Shown in pieces: positions 25,688 through 34,951 of a stretch of DNA of 64,000 bases (position 1 is the first letter of the stretch; each line of letters starts with the position of its first letter). Under the pieces are notes generated by a model that was given only the letters and a program-made list of their open reading frames with translations, made no database searches and was not told the DNA's origin. Position numbers and translations under genes: made by a program. The stretch covers positions 133,890 through 197,889 of the forward strand of contig DATNNM010000018.1 in assembly GCA_035601835.1 (NCBI GenBank), read 5' to 3'. Source of the stretch: Candidatus Tumulicola sp. (GTDB lineage: Bacteria > Vulcanimicrobiota > Vulcanimicrobiia > Eremiobacterales > Eremiobacteraceae).

Positions 25688-28600
25688 ATGCGAGATCCAG
25701 TGCGGTTGGTGAGCGCCGTTCTTGTGGCGCTGTGCATGCTTGTGTGCGGATGGCAGTCCGCAAGCGCCGGTACGACAGGCGAGTTGGCCGGCAAGGTCAC
25801 GACTGAAAACGGCGCCGCCGTCGCCGGCGCAAAGGTGACGGCAACTTCGCCGTCGGGCAATCAATCGACGACGACCGACGCGCAAGGCAGATTTGCGATG
25901 ATCTCCATGACGCCCGATACTTACCTCGTCACCGCTTCGAAAGACGGCTTTGAGCCCACCAGCCAACCGGGCGTTACCGTCATCGCCGACAACACGGTCA
26001 CGCTCACGATAGCGCTTCGTCCGGCGATCCGAACCCTTGGCACGGTAACGGTGAGGTCCGCCGGCTCGCTGGTTAAACCGGGAACGACCGCCGACGTGTA
26101 TTCCGTCAATGCGGTCACGCAAGCAAAGGCATCGGCGCTCGGCGGCGGCGGCGGGCTCGACAGCGCGTACAGCGCCATCGCCGCTGTGCCCGGAGCGGTC
26201 GTGCCGCCGGGTCAGTCCGGCTGGTTCCAGGCGATCCATATCCGTGGCGGTGACGTGGATCAAGTCGGCTACGAATTTGACGGCGTTCCCGTGCTCCGTT
26301 CCTATGACAACTATCCGACCACCAACGCCGCGACGCTCGGGCAGCAAGAACTGCAGGTGTACACCGGCGCGACGCCCGCCAACTCGGAATCACAGGGTCT
26401 GTCAGGATTCATCAACCAGGTCATCAAGAGCGGGACCTATCCCGGTTTTTCGAGCCTCGACCTCGGTGTTGGTTCACCGGTGTTGTACAACAAGGCGAGT
26501 TTCGAAGTCGGGGGCGCGACGCCCGACCGCAATTTCGCATACTTCGTCGGCATCGGCTTGGCCGATGCGGATCAGCGCGTGGTCGACAACTCCAACGGCG
26601 CGGCTTTGAGTTCGCTTTGGGGTGCGCCCTACGGGCAAATGCCTTGCCCGGGCGATGCGACGAACTTGAATTTCGCTTCCTGCTACCCGACGGGCGTCGG
26701 GCCCGGAGGCTGGTTCCTGGGGCCGTTCAACGTGGCGCTGCAGAACAACCTAGCCGCCTCGCGCATCTCCGACCGCGAGAACATATTCAATTTCCACATC
26801 GGCATCCCGCATCACCGTGACTCGGGCAAGGACGATATCCAAGTCCTCTACGACGCCTCGGAACTGTTCACGACCTATTACGGCTCGGCGATGGACTGGG
26901 GCATCCCCTTCGTCCAGATGGTCAACGCCGCCAGTAGCCCCCCAGTTACTTGCCCAACCGAAAGTGGGGGTACGGCTCCGTGCGCGGGCTGGCCGTTGGT
27001 CCAAGGGATCGTGTACAAAGGCGCCGTTGATACGCAGCTGGCGACGAACTATCAAGCCTTGACGGTGAACTACGCCTTCCCCAATCAACCATTGACGACG
27101 CTCGTCGATCCGAGCCATCGTGACGGCGGTTCCAACGGTCAGGGCATCTACAAACTGCAGTATCAGCGCAACTTCAGTCCTTCTTCGTATCTACGGATCT
27201 ATGGTTATACCTACTACTCGGATTGGTATAACAACGGCCCCAACGGCGCGTGGCAGAGCTTCATCGCGCCGGCGAGCGCCGACTACGAACTCTCCAACCA
27301 CACGCACGGGGTGAGCGCGACCTTTGCGAACCAATTCAACTCGCAGCACCTGTTGACGCTGCAAGCCGCGGTCATCGGCGCGACCAACTATCGCATGAAC
27401 AACTTCACGATGTTCAACAATTTCGGTACGTTCCCGTTTGCCTACGTGGTCGATTCGACGCACCCGAAAAACGGCGTGTGCTACGACTTGACCACGGCGC
27501 CGGCGGCGACGCCGATTTCGTGCTATAATGCCAAGGCCGACGCCGGCGGCGCTGGCTCGTTCGATCTACTTCAATGGGCCTCGCTCAACGACGCGCAGAA
27601 CGGAGTGATCCCCAGCCTTGCCGGCGACACTTGCGGGTCGGGTCCGTGTCAATGGTTCGTCGCGGAGAACGGCTTTACGGGCGGCGCGAACAATCAGAAG
27701 CCGCTTTTCACCTCGGCATCCATCACCGACCAATGGCGCCCAAGCGACCGGCTGACGTTCAACTTCGGCCTTCGTTACGACCGCTTTGCCTTCAAAGGAA
27801 GCGACACGAGCGGCGGCGCTCGCGATTTCTGGTTCAGCGCGTGGAATAAAGAGGCGTGCGCGCCTCCGATCCCTGGCGTCTCCCCGACCTTCAAGACCGA
27901 CCCGACGGCGGCGTGCCCAGTCGGCCAGATCCCGGCGACGCTCTTCAACCAGCCAGGCGCCACTATCGCCAGCACGGTATGGCAGCCGCGTCTTGGCGGG
28001 ACGTACTCGCTGACGCCGGACACGGTCCTGCGCTTCTCGGCGGGCAAGTACGCTGAAGCCCCGAGCTCTGCCTACACGCAGTACAACATCCTCGACCAGG
28101 ACCTGCCGGGCTTCCTTGGCCCGACGTTCTACAAATATGGATTCACCGGCACGAGCCACCCGGTCGGACCGGAGGTCTCCTACAACTACGACGTCTCCCT
28201 CGAGCACCATTTCCGCAACAGCGACGTCAGCTTCAAACTGACTCCGTTTTATCGCAAGACGAACGGGCAGCTCGCCAACTTCTTCTTGGACCAAAAGACC
28301 AACTTCGTATCCGGCCTGAACGCCGGCAGTCAAGTGGCGACCGGTGTGGAGTTCGAACTCAACAAGGGCGACTTCAGCCGCGACGGTCTCTCCGCCATAT
28401 TCTCGATGGCGTTCACGCACAGCTACGAGACGTTCAGCAAGCTGTCGAGCGGCGGGACCGTCCTCGACACGATCAATCTCGCGATTTCCGGCGATGCTCA
28501 AACCCCTGGCTACAATCAGTACACCAAATTCTGCTCGACGAACTTCGCAGATGCGCGCTGCGGCAACTTGGCGGCGCCGGCGCCCTTCGATGTGGCGTGT

Positions 28601-29359
28601 TACGATGGAGCGTCTCCGGGGACGCCCGATCCGACGTGCGCCACCCCCAATGCGATCGCCAATCCGTACTGGAACGCCCCGGCTCAGCCGCTCTTCGATC
28701 CGAACGCGCAGTACGAACCGTACAGCACGCTGCCCGGAGGATTCCAGTCGTCCGCGAATGGCTATGTCTGGCCGACGACGGCGACGCTGCTGCTCTCCTA
28801 CAAGCACGACCGCTTTGCGATCACGCCGTCACTGCAGTACTTCACCGGAACACGTTACGGCGCGCCGCTTGAGACATCGGGCATCGACCCGGCCACGTGC
28901 GGTATCTCCGCCGTTGCCACACCCATCGCCACCGATCCACGCTATCCCTACGGCGCGCCTGGCGGCGCAGCATTCGACGCCCTGAATTGCTCGGGGACGC
29001 TGACGTCGATTCCAAACCCGTACACGAAGGTGTTCGACAATCTCGGAGCGTTCCGCAATCCAAGCCAACTGCTCGGACACCTGCAGTTGAGCTATGAGAT
29101 GTCGGCGCACATGTCGCTCACGCTCAACGTCGCCAACATCATCGACACGTGCTTCGGCGGCGACGTGCGCCCGTGGACGGCGCTGGCGGATCATCGCGTG
29201 TGTTCGTACAGCTTGCCTGGATACGGCGGATTGGTGCCCTCGGTAGGCAACGTCTACAATCCGGGCGCGACCTTCCAGCCGTTCGTGCAATACCCGTATC
29301 AGCAGTACTTCGGCACGTCACCGACGGCGTACTACTTGGCCCTGAAGATCAAGATGTAG
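25688..29359 (+). CDS. TonB-dependent receptor-like outer-membrane protein with N-terminal carboxypeptidase-regulatory-like domain
   Basis: Signal peptide. CarboxypepD_reg-like block (GKVTTENGAAVAGAKVTATSPSGNQSTTTDAQGRFAM). Plug-like region (IHIRGGDVDQVGYEFDGVPV). Long Gly/Tyr/Asn-rich barrel. Confidence 0.75.
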   Translation: MRDPVRLVSAVLVALCMLVCGWQSASAGTTGELAGKVTTENGAAVAGAKVTATSPSGNQSTTTDAQGRFAMISMTPDTYLVTASKDGFEPTSQPGVTVIADNTVTLTIALRPAIRTLGTVTVRSAGSLVKPGTTADVYSVNAVTQAKASALGGGGGLDSAYSAIAAVPGAVVPPGQSGWFQAIHIRGGDVDQVGYEFDGVPVLRSYDNYPTTNAATLGQQELQVYTGATPANSESQGLSGFINQVIKSGTYPGFSSLDLGVGSPVLYNKASFEVGGATPDRNFAYFVGIGLADADQRVVDNSNGAALSSLWGAPYGQMPCPGDATNLNFASCYPTGVGPGGWFLGPFNVALQNNLAASRISDRENIFNFHIGIPHHRDSGKDDIQVLYDASELFTTYYGSAMDWGIPFVQMVNAASSPPVTCPTESGGTAPCAGWPLVQGIVYKGAVDTQLATNYQALTVNYAFPNQPLTTLVDPSHRDGGSNGQGIYKLQYQRNFSPSSYLRIYGYTYYSDWYNNGPNGAWQSFIAPASADYELSNHTHGVSATFANQFNSQHLLTLQAAVIGATNYRMNNFTMFNNFGTFPFAYVVDSTHPKNGVCYDLTTAPAATPISCYNAKADAGGAGSFDLLQWASLNDAQNGVIPSLAGDTCGSGPCQWFVAENGFTGGANNQKPLFTSASITDQWRPSDRLTFNFGLRYDRFAFKGSDTSGGARDFWFSAWNKEACAPPIPGVSPTFKTDPTAACPVGQIPATLFNQPGATIASTVWQPRLGGTYSLTPDTVLRFSAGKYAEAPSSAYTQYNILDQDLPGFLGPTFYKYGFTGTSHPVGPEVSYNYDVSLEHHFRNSDVSFKLTPFYRKTNGQLANFFLDQKTNFVSGLNAGSQVATGVEFELNKGDFSRDGLSAIFSMAFTHSYETFSKLSSGGTVLDTINLAISGDAQTPGYNQYTKFCSTNFADARCGNLAAPAPFDVACYDGASPGTPDPTCATPNAIANPYWNAPAQPLFDPNAQYEPYSTLPGGFQSSANGYVWPTTATLLLSYKHDRFAITPSLQYFTGTRYGAPLETSGIDPATCGISAVATPIATDPRYPYGAPGGAAFDALNCSGTLTSIPNPYTKVFDNLGAFRNPSQLLGHLQLSYEMSAHMSLTLNVANIIDTCFGGDVRPWTALADHRVCSYSLPGYGGLVPSVGNVYNPGATFQPFVQYPYQQYFGTSPTAYYLALKIKM

Positions 29360-29361
29360 GC

Positions 29362-30660
29362 TTACGTACCTCTGAGCGTCTGCCAGATCAACACGAGATT
29401 GAGGCCGATGATGACGACTGCAGCGGCGATGCCGAGCGTGCGCATCAGCGGCCTCGTGATCGCGTCGCCCATGATCGACCTCTTGTTGGTGAAGAGCAGC
29501 AAAACGACGATCGGCAGCGGCAGGACCAGACTGAGGACCACCTGGCTGAGCACCAGCGCCTGAGTCGTGTTGACGCCGATGGCGACAACGATGACAGTCG
29601 GAATCATCGTAACCAGCCGGCGAACCCACATCGGGACCGTGAACCCTACGAAGCCCTGCATGATGACCTGACCGGCCATCGTGCCGACGACCGAACTGGA
29701 TATCCCCGAGGCCATCAACGATAACAGAAATACTGCCGCCGCCGCCGATCCGAGCAGCGGCGTCAGCGTTTGGTAGGCTGATTCGATCGTCGCAACGCCG
29801 GGGTGGCCGCCGAAATGGAACACCGCGGCGGCCATATACATCATCGCAAGATTGACGATGCCCGCGATCCCGAGCGCGATGAGCACGTCGATGTTCGAGA
29901 ATCTGATGACCGTCGCCATCTCGTCTCGATTGCCGGGGACGATCCGGTCCTGCGTCAAGCTTGAGTGCAAGTAGACGGCGTGGGGCATGACGGTCGCGCC
30001 GATGATGCCGACCGCGAGGAGCAAAGCGGTGGGACTTCCCAGCCACGGCACGACCGAGTGATACGCGATCTGGCCCCAGTCGGGTCGCGCGAGCAAGGTC
30101 TCCACGACGTAGCAGACCGCGATGATCCCGACGAGCCCTGTGATGAGCGCTTCGATCCTGCGAAAACCCGTCGACTGCATGAGCAGGATGGCGTAGGTCG
30201 CGATGCCGGTGATGATGACGCCGACGAGCAGCGGGATGTGGAACAAGAGGTTGATCCCGATGCTCGCGCCGAGGAATTCGGCAAGATCGGTCGCCATCGC
30301 CCCGACCTCGCTCACGAGCCACATCGATATCGCCGTGGGCTTGGAGAAGCGCTCGCGGCAGACTTCGGGCAGGTTTTTGCCGGTCACGATGCCGAGCTTC
30401 GCGGAGAGGGCTTGGAACAGCATCGCTGAGAGATTCGCGAACACCACCACCCATAGCAGCTTGTAGCCGAACGCCGAGCCGCCTTGAACGTTGGTCGCGA
30501 AGTTGCCGGGATCCATGTATGCGACCGAAGCGATGAATGCGGGTCCTGCAAACGGCAGCAAGGCCATGAGCCCTTTGCGGCGACCCTCCAAGACTTCTCT
30601 GGCGGCGGCGCGCGTGCGCTCGCTCAGCGGATCGAGCGTGGCAAGGTCCGCGCCGCTCAT
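29362..30660 (-). CDS. mntH: NRAMP-family divalent metal (Mn2+/Fe2+) transporter
   Basis: DPGNFATN signature and about 11 TM segments. 4-nt overlap with the upstream DtxR-family regulator. Confidence 0.9.
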   Translation of the reverse strand: MSGADLATLDPLSERTRAAAREVLEGRRKGLMALLPFAGPAFIASVAYMDPGNFATNVQGGSAFGYKLLWVVVFANLSAMLFQALSAKLGIVTGKNLPEVCRERFSKPTAISMWLVSEVGAMATDLAEFLGASIGINLLFHIPLLVGVIITGIATYAILLMQSTGFRRIEALITGLVGIIAVCYVVETLLARPDWGQIAYHSVVPWLGSPTALLLAVGIIGATVMPHAVYLHSSLTQDRIVPGNRDEMATVIRFSNIDVLIALGIAGIVNLAMMYMAAAVFHFGGHPGVATIESAYQTLTPLLGSAAAAVFLLSLMASGISSSVVGTMAGQVIMQGFVGFTVPMWVRRLVTMIPTVIVVAIGVNTTQALVLSQVVLSLVLPLPIVVLLLFTNKRSIMGDAITRPLMRTLGIAAAVVIIGLNLVLIWQTLRGT

Positions 30661-31358
30661 CGCGTGGACTTTCGCGGCTTTTCGATCGCGATCATGATCG
30701 AGGCGGCTACGCTTGGCGCTATCAGGCTGGCGCCTCGTGCGCTAAGGATCCTGATCGAGCCTTTCTCGCGGCCGGTGACGGTCGCTTTGTGACCGGGCAA
30801 CACACCCTGCGCGGACAACTGCCGGACGACGCTTGCGTCTCGATCCGGAATGCTGTCGACTCGGATGCGGGTTCCCGGTTTGACGTCGGCCAGCGACTGA
30901 CTCCGCGAGCGGCCCGCACCCTGGCCGGCAGTCACGATGGGATGCCCGTGCGGATCAACGCGAGGATTGCGCAGGAAGCGTGCCAGCCGCTCGGCGACGT
31001 CATCGGAGATGACGTGCTCGATCGCTTCGGCTTGGGGGTGCAGGTCGTCCAAGGGCACGTGCAGCGTTCGGTGGAGAAACGTCTCGATCAGGCGATGCCG
31101 CCGCATCAAACTAAGCGCCAAGCGCCGGCCACGCTCGGTGAGCTCGATGCGCTCGACGCGCGACGCGGCGCGCTTCACGAGCCCTTCTTTTTCTAACAGG
31201 CGCCGCGACTTCGTGACCGCGGCGCGTGAGACGGTCAGGTAGCGCGCGAGATCCGCACCGGCCACCGGCGAGTCGTTGCCGAGCTGATAGATCGCCTTGA
31301 CATAGTCTTGGCGTGCTCGTTCCGGGGATCTATCCGGCCTCGCCCCAGGTGTTAACAT
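30657..31358 (-). CDS. mntR: DtxR/MntR-family metalloregulator with C-terminal FeoA/SH3-like domain
   Basis: N-terminal wHTH (DYVKAIYQL...ADLARYLTVSRAAVTKSRRLLEKEGLV), a metal-binding helix region, and a C-terminal FeoA-like tail. Confidence 0.85.
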   Translation of the reverse strand: MLTPGARPDRSPERARQDYVKAIYQLGNDSPVAGADLARYLTVSRAAVTKSRRLLEKEGLVKRAASRVERIELTERGRRLALSLMRRHRLIETFLHRTLHVPLDDLHPQAEAIEHVISDDVAERLARFLRNPRVDPHGHPIVTAGQGAGRSRSQSLADVKPGTRIRVDSIPDRDASVVRQLSAQGVLPGHKATVTGREKGSIRILSARGASLIAPSVAASIMIAIEKPRKSTR

Positions 31359-31382
31359 TGGTTAACAAGAAATACGGACGCC

Positions 31383-32045
31383 TTGGAACAAGCTCCTGCC
31401 GCCCCGTCCACGGCGGTCCTTCAACGGCGCGCGCCGGCGCTGCGTCAGGCGCTGGTTTTGGAATGGATCACCCTAGCGTGGATGGTGGTCGAAGCCGGGG
31501 CGGCGCTGTGGGCCGCCCTCACAGCGGGTAGTCTCTCGCTCTTGGCATTCGGGCTTGACAGCGGCGTCGAACTCGCTTCGGCGAGCGTGCTCGTATGGCG
31601 GCTGCGCAGCGAACTCGAGCATCACTGCGAGGATGCCGAATGTCAGCGCACCGAGCGGGTCGAGCGCAGCGCTGCGCGCATCACGGCCGTTCTGCTCTTC
31701 GCCTTGGCGGTGTACGTCGGCGTCGCGGCCGTGCTGAAACTGTTTGCTCACACCGGCGAAGCCGTATCCGTGCTCGGACTGGCGGTGACGATCGTCTCGA
31801 TACCCATCATGATCGCCTTGGCGAACGCCAAACGCAGATTATCCGCGGCGCTCGATAGCGGCGCCCTGCGCGCTGACGCCGCGCAGGGAACCGCCTGTTG
31901 GTATCTGGCTGTCGCCGTGCTTGGCGGAATTGCGCTTCAAGCTTGGTTCGGAGCGTGGTGGGCAGATGCCGTGGCATCGCTCGCAATCGTCGCGTTCCTG
32001 GTTCAAGAGGGCCGCGAGGCGTGGCAAGGCATCCGCTGCTGCTGA
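31383..32045 (+). CDS. Cation-diffusion-facilitator-like membrane protein (TM domain only)
   Basis: Six hydrophobic segments, acidic/His-containing loops, and a C-terminal CC. Divergent from mntR. The start codon (TTG) is uncertain. Confidence 0.55.
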   Translation: MEQAPAAPSTAVLQRRAPALRQALVLEWITLAWMVVEAGAALWAALTAGSLSLLAFGLDSGVELASASVLVWRLRSELEHHCEDAECQRTERVERSAARITAVLLFALAVYVGVAAVLKLFAHTGEAVSVLGLAVTIVSIPIMIALANAKRRLSAALDSGALRADAAQGTACWYLAVAVLGGIALQAWFGAWWADAVASLAIVAFLVQEGREAWQGIRCC

Positions 32046-32054
32046 TCGATGGAG

Positions 32055-32468
32055 TTATTGCTCCAACTGGCCATTGACCATCCAGTCAATGCCGTATTTG
32101 TCGGTGAACATGCCGAACATCGCGCCCCAGAAAGCCTTCTCCAACGGCACCTCGACCTTACCGCCTTGAGAGAGAGCGTCGAAGAGTCGCTTGGCTTCGC
32201 TCACGTCTTTCGTGCCGAGCGAGAGGGATATGGCGCCATCGCCGTATTGCGTAGTCGGCTGAGCGTCCGACGCCATGAATTTGACAGCGGGCGAGGTGAA
32301 GGTGGAATGCATTATCCTGTTGCCCAGCTCTGCCGGCAGACCCATTTCCGCCGGCGCTTCTTTCCAACGCATGATTTGGCCGATCTCCCCGCCGAAAATG
32401 CGCTTATAGAAATTGAGGGCCTCTTCGCATCGGCCGCCGGTGATGAAAAGATAGGGCACGAATTCCAT
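32055..32468 (-). CDS. PhnB/YjdN-like VOC (glyoxalase-fold) protein
   Basis: MEFVPYLFITGGRCEEALNFYKRIFGG...FGMFTDKYGIDWMVN. AGGAGA SD upstream of ATG 32468. Confidence 0.75.
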   Translation of the reverse strand: MEFVPYLFITGGRCEEALNFYKRIFGGEIGQIMRWKEAPAEMGLPAELGNRIMHSTFTSPAVKFMASDAQPTTQYGDGAISLSLGTKDVSEAKRLFDALSQGGKVEVPLEKAFWGAMFGMFTDKYGIDWMVNGQLEQ

Positions 32469-32577
32469 GCGTGGTTCTCCTGTTCGGTTTTGAGTGAGGG
32501 ACGTGCGGGTTCCGCGCCCATTCACCCCGTGCCTCTATGAAAAGTTGCTCATCAGCACAAAGGCGAATATATTTCAC

Positions 32578-33093
32578 ATGAGCACCTTCGAAGAGAAGCC
32601 GGAAACGGGGCTGGGGCGCGCGCTTTTTGAAGAGCTGGTGTGGATCCACGGTATGATCCGCCATGATCTTGCAACGGTACGCCAGCTTGCGGCCGACATC
32701 GCGACCAGCATGCCGGCTCACGAGGTGACGGCCGAGATTAAGGACCTTAAGCGGGATAGCAAGCTATGGCAGCTCAAGGTGGGATGTCTGCGCTACTGCC
32801 GTTTTGTCCACTCGCACCACAACCTCGAAGACGCTGCCTTTTTCCCGTCGCTGCGAGCCGCCAATCCTGCCCTTAATCCGGTAGTCGACAAACTTGAAGA
32901 CGACCATCGCAAGGTTTCCGATTTATTGGATGCAGTCGAAGAAGGCGCCGACGTCCTCACCAAGATCGATAGCGATGCCGTGCGGCGCAGCATCGCCGAC
33001 ACGCTGACCGTGCTCGGCGAACGTCTCCTCGAGCACCTCGACTACGAGGAACTGAACGTCGGCCCGACATTGCGCCGGACGCAAGGGATCTAG
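32578..33093 (+). CDS. Hemerythrin-like domain protein
   Basis: His/Glu/Asp ligand pattern (HHNLEDAAFFP, LEDDHRKV). Start set at ATG 32578. Confidence 0.6.
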   Translation: MSTFEEKPETGLGRALFEELVWIHGMIRHDLATVRQLAADIATSMPAHEVTAEIKDLKRDSKLWQLKVGCLRYCRFVHSHHNLEDAAFFPSLRAANPALNPVVDKLEDDHRKVSDLLDAVEEGADVLTKIDSDAVRRSIADTLTVLGERLLEHLDYEELNVGPTLRRTQGI

Positions 33094-33479
33094 GTGTCGT
33101 CCGTTTCGACGCTGTCCACGCGCTCGGGATAGAAGGCAAGGTGCCCCCTGATCGCGGCCACGGCGGGAAACGGGTTTTCATAAGTCCACACTGCGTTTTT
33201 CGAGCGCAATCCGCCGATTACAATGTCGAAGTACGAGCAATCGCCTTTGTACGGGCAGTACGTAACATGGGTGGACCGCTCAAGCAGCGACATGTTCACG
33301 TCTTTCCGCGGAACGTATTGGACCGCCGGATAATCCGCTTCGCAAAGCTCTAGGCCCGCATTTGAATCTGCGATCACCCTGCCGTTCATCCTCACGACCA
33401 CGCGCCCCGGGGTGGGTTCGATTGCTATGGGATGATCGGGGCTAGGTTCCTTCTGAACCTTGACGCCTTCGGCTGCCAT
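33090..33479 (-). CDS. DUF427-family protein
   Basis: YCPYKGDCSYFD and AVWTYENPFPAVAAIRGHLAFYPERV are typical of DUF427. Confidence 0.7.
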   Translation of the reverse strand: MAAEGVKVQKEPSPDHPIAIEPTPGRVVVRMNGRVIADSNAGLELCEADYPAVQYVPRKDVNMSLLERSTHVTYCPYKGDCSYFDIVIGGLRSKNAVWTYENPFPAVAAIRGHLAFYPERVDSVETDDT

Positions 33480-33569
33480 AGCAGGACTGTACCAGCAATA
33501 CTAACTTATCGCAAGTACGCACCTAAAGGTTAGTGCTCGCTAGGCGCACGCCCGCTGGTGCGTTGTGCG

Positions 33570-34949
33570 TTAAGGGCCGGTGATGAATTGTGGATTCTTG
33601 ACGCTTAGATGGAAGCGCAGGAGGGCTTGGCCCGCATGCGTGCCGCGCATCTGTACTATAGCAACTCCGTTGATGACCGGAGCCGAGGCGGTCGTACTTC
33701 CGTCGAGCATCGTCGCTGCGCCGCCAACTTCAAAGAACATCGTTGCTTGTGCGCCGGGAGCGAGCCCTTCGACATGCACCTTCACCGTTTGCACGACGCC
33801 GGGTGTAGACGGCGCAACCGGCTCAGATGTGAGCTTGACGATAGCTAGGTTCAGGGCCTTGCTTTGCTGACCGCCCGATTCCATAACGAGCGCATGATTC
33901 GCGAGCGATGTGCCGACTGGAATCTGAAAGAGCGCGCTGTTGTCGGAAACGCCGAGCGGGGTGATCTGCCGGCCGTCGAGCGAGAATTGCGTCGTTAGCG
34001 GATCGTTGCGAGCGATGTGCACGGTTACGAGGTCACCGGGTTGTGCCGAAGATGTGCACTCGAGAATGCTCGGCCCGCTGGAAGACGGATTCGCAACCAC
34101 GTCGGTGCCCGGAATATGTACCGGGTTCCCGACGGTGCTACGGGAGAGGACGTCCGGTGCACCGTGCTCGTCGATGCGCTTCACCAATTCGACCGCCGCA
34201 GTGCCGATCGCGACGTCGATGAGAAGTTGTCCAATGGTATTTGGTTTGTGGCGTTGGTAGTTCTTATTGTGCTGCTGGTCTTCCGTCACCACTAAGACGC
34301 CTTGCGCGCCACCTTCGCCGGGCGTGAGCTGAACGGCGATGAGCGAACCTGAGCCAGCGTACGGAGGCAGCATCGTCACGCCTGGTCCGTAGCCGCCATC
34401 CTCACCAGCGACAGGCGTGACGGGACACGCGCTGCCGCCGCTGCGCGGCTGAGCGGGTCCGCCGCCGCTCACCGTGACCCACTTGCCGTTCTTGTAGATC
34501 GCTCGGCTGGGAGGCTGTGCGACGCCGCTTAGGACCTTCGTGATCGTCCGTTGTCCAGTGATCTCTTGGGTTCGCACGAAGTCGCCGGACTCGATGTGGG
34601 TAAGGCTCGAACACGTCGACGGGTCGTTGTCCATGGACTGCTCGTCTTTGTGGTTTCTCCCGTTTGCGATCGCCGCAAGTGTCGAATGGAACGTGTACGT
34701 ACGCGTGCCGCATGTGGTCGCGATGCTGCGGATATTCTTCACGAACGCGCCGAGATGCGTGTATCGCGAGTTATCTTCGTGAAGATGACAGTCCCCGGCG
34801 ACGTAATCCCATATCGTCGTCTCGACGTCGTATGCGCCCTCTTTGTGCGTCTCGTGGCGCGCAGTTGGTGGAGCGTCCGCAGTGGCCGGAATTGCCGTCA
34901 CCAAGAGCAGGGCCGCCAGTGGAATCGCGAGAGGTAATCTCATCGACAT
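33570..34949 (-). CDS. Secreted protein of unknown function (C-terminal Ig-like repeats)
   Basis: Signal peptide MSMRLPLAIPLAALLLVTAIPATADA. Its start lies 2 nt downstream of the stop of the preceding large secreted protein gene. Confidence 0.6.
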   Translation of the reverse strand: MSMRLPLAIPLAALLLVTAIPATADAPPTARHETHKEGAYDVETTIWDYVAGDCHLHEDNSRYTHLGAFVKNIRSIATTCGTRTYTFHSTLAAIANGRNHKDEQSMDNDPSTCSSLTHIESGDFVRTQEITGQRTITKVLSGVAQPPSRAIYKNGKWVTVSGGGPAQPRSGGSACPVTPVAGEDGGYGPGVTMLPPYAGSGSLIAVQLTPGEGGAQGVLVVTEDQQHNKNYQRHKPNTIGQLLIDVAIGTAAVELVKRIDEHGAPDVLSRSTVGNPVHIPGTDVVANPSSSGPSILECTSSAQPGDLVTVHIARNDPLTTQFSLDGRQITPLGVSDNSALFQIPVGTSLANHALVMESGGQQSKALNLAIVKLTSEPVAPSTPGVVQTVKVHVEGLAPGAQATMFFEVGGAATMLDGSTTASAPVINGVAIVQMRGTHAGQALLRFHLSVKNPQFITGP

Positions 34950-34951
34950 TG

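Noticed and set aside
27566-30454. Long minus-strand ORFs 27566..28807 and 29318..30454.
   Set aside because: ORF 27566..28807 is antisense to the TonB-dependent receptor gene, and ORF 29318..30454 is an out-of-frame, same-strand overlap of mntH. Both genes have clear family signatures. These ORFs are Arg-rich shadow frames.
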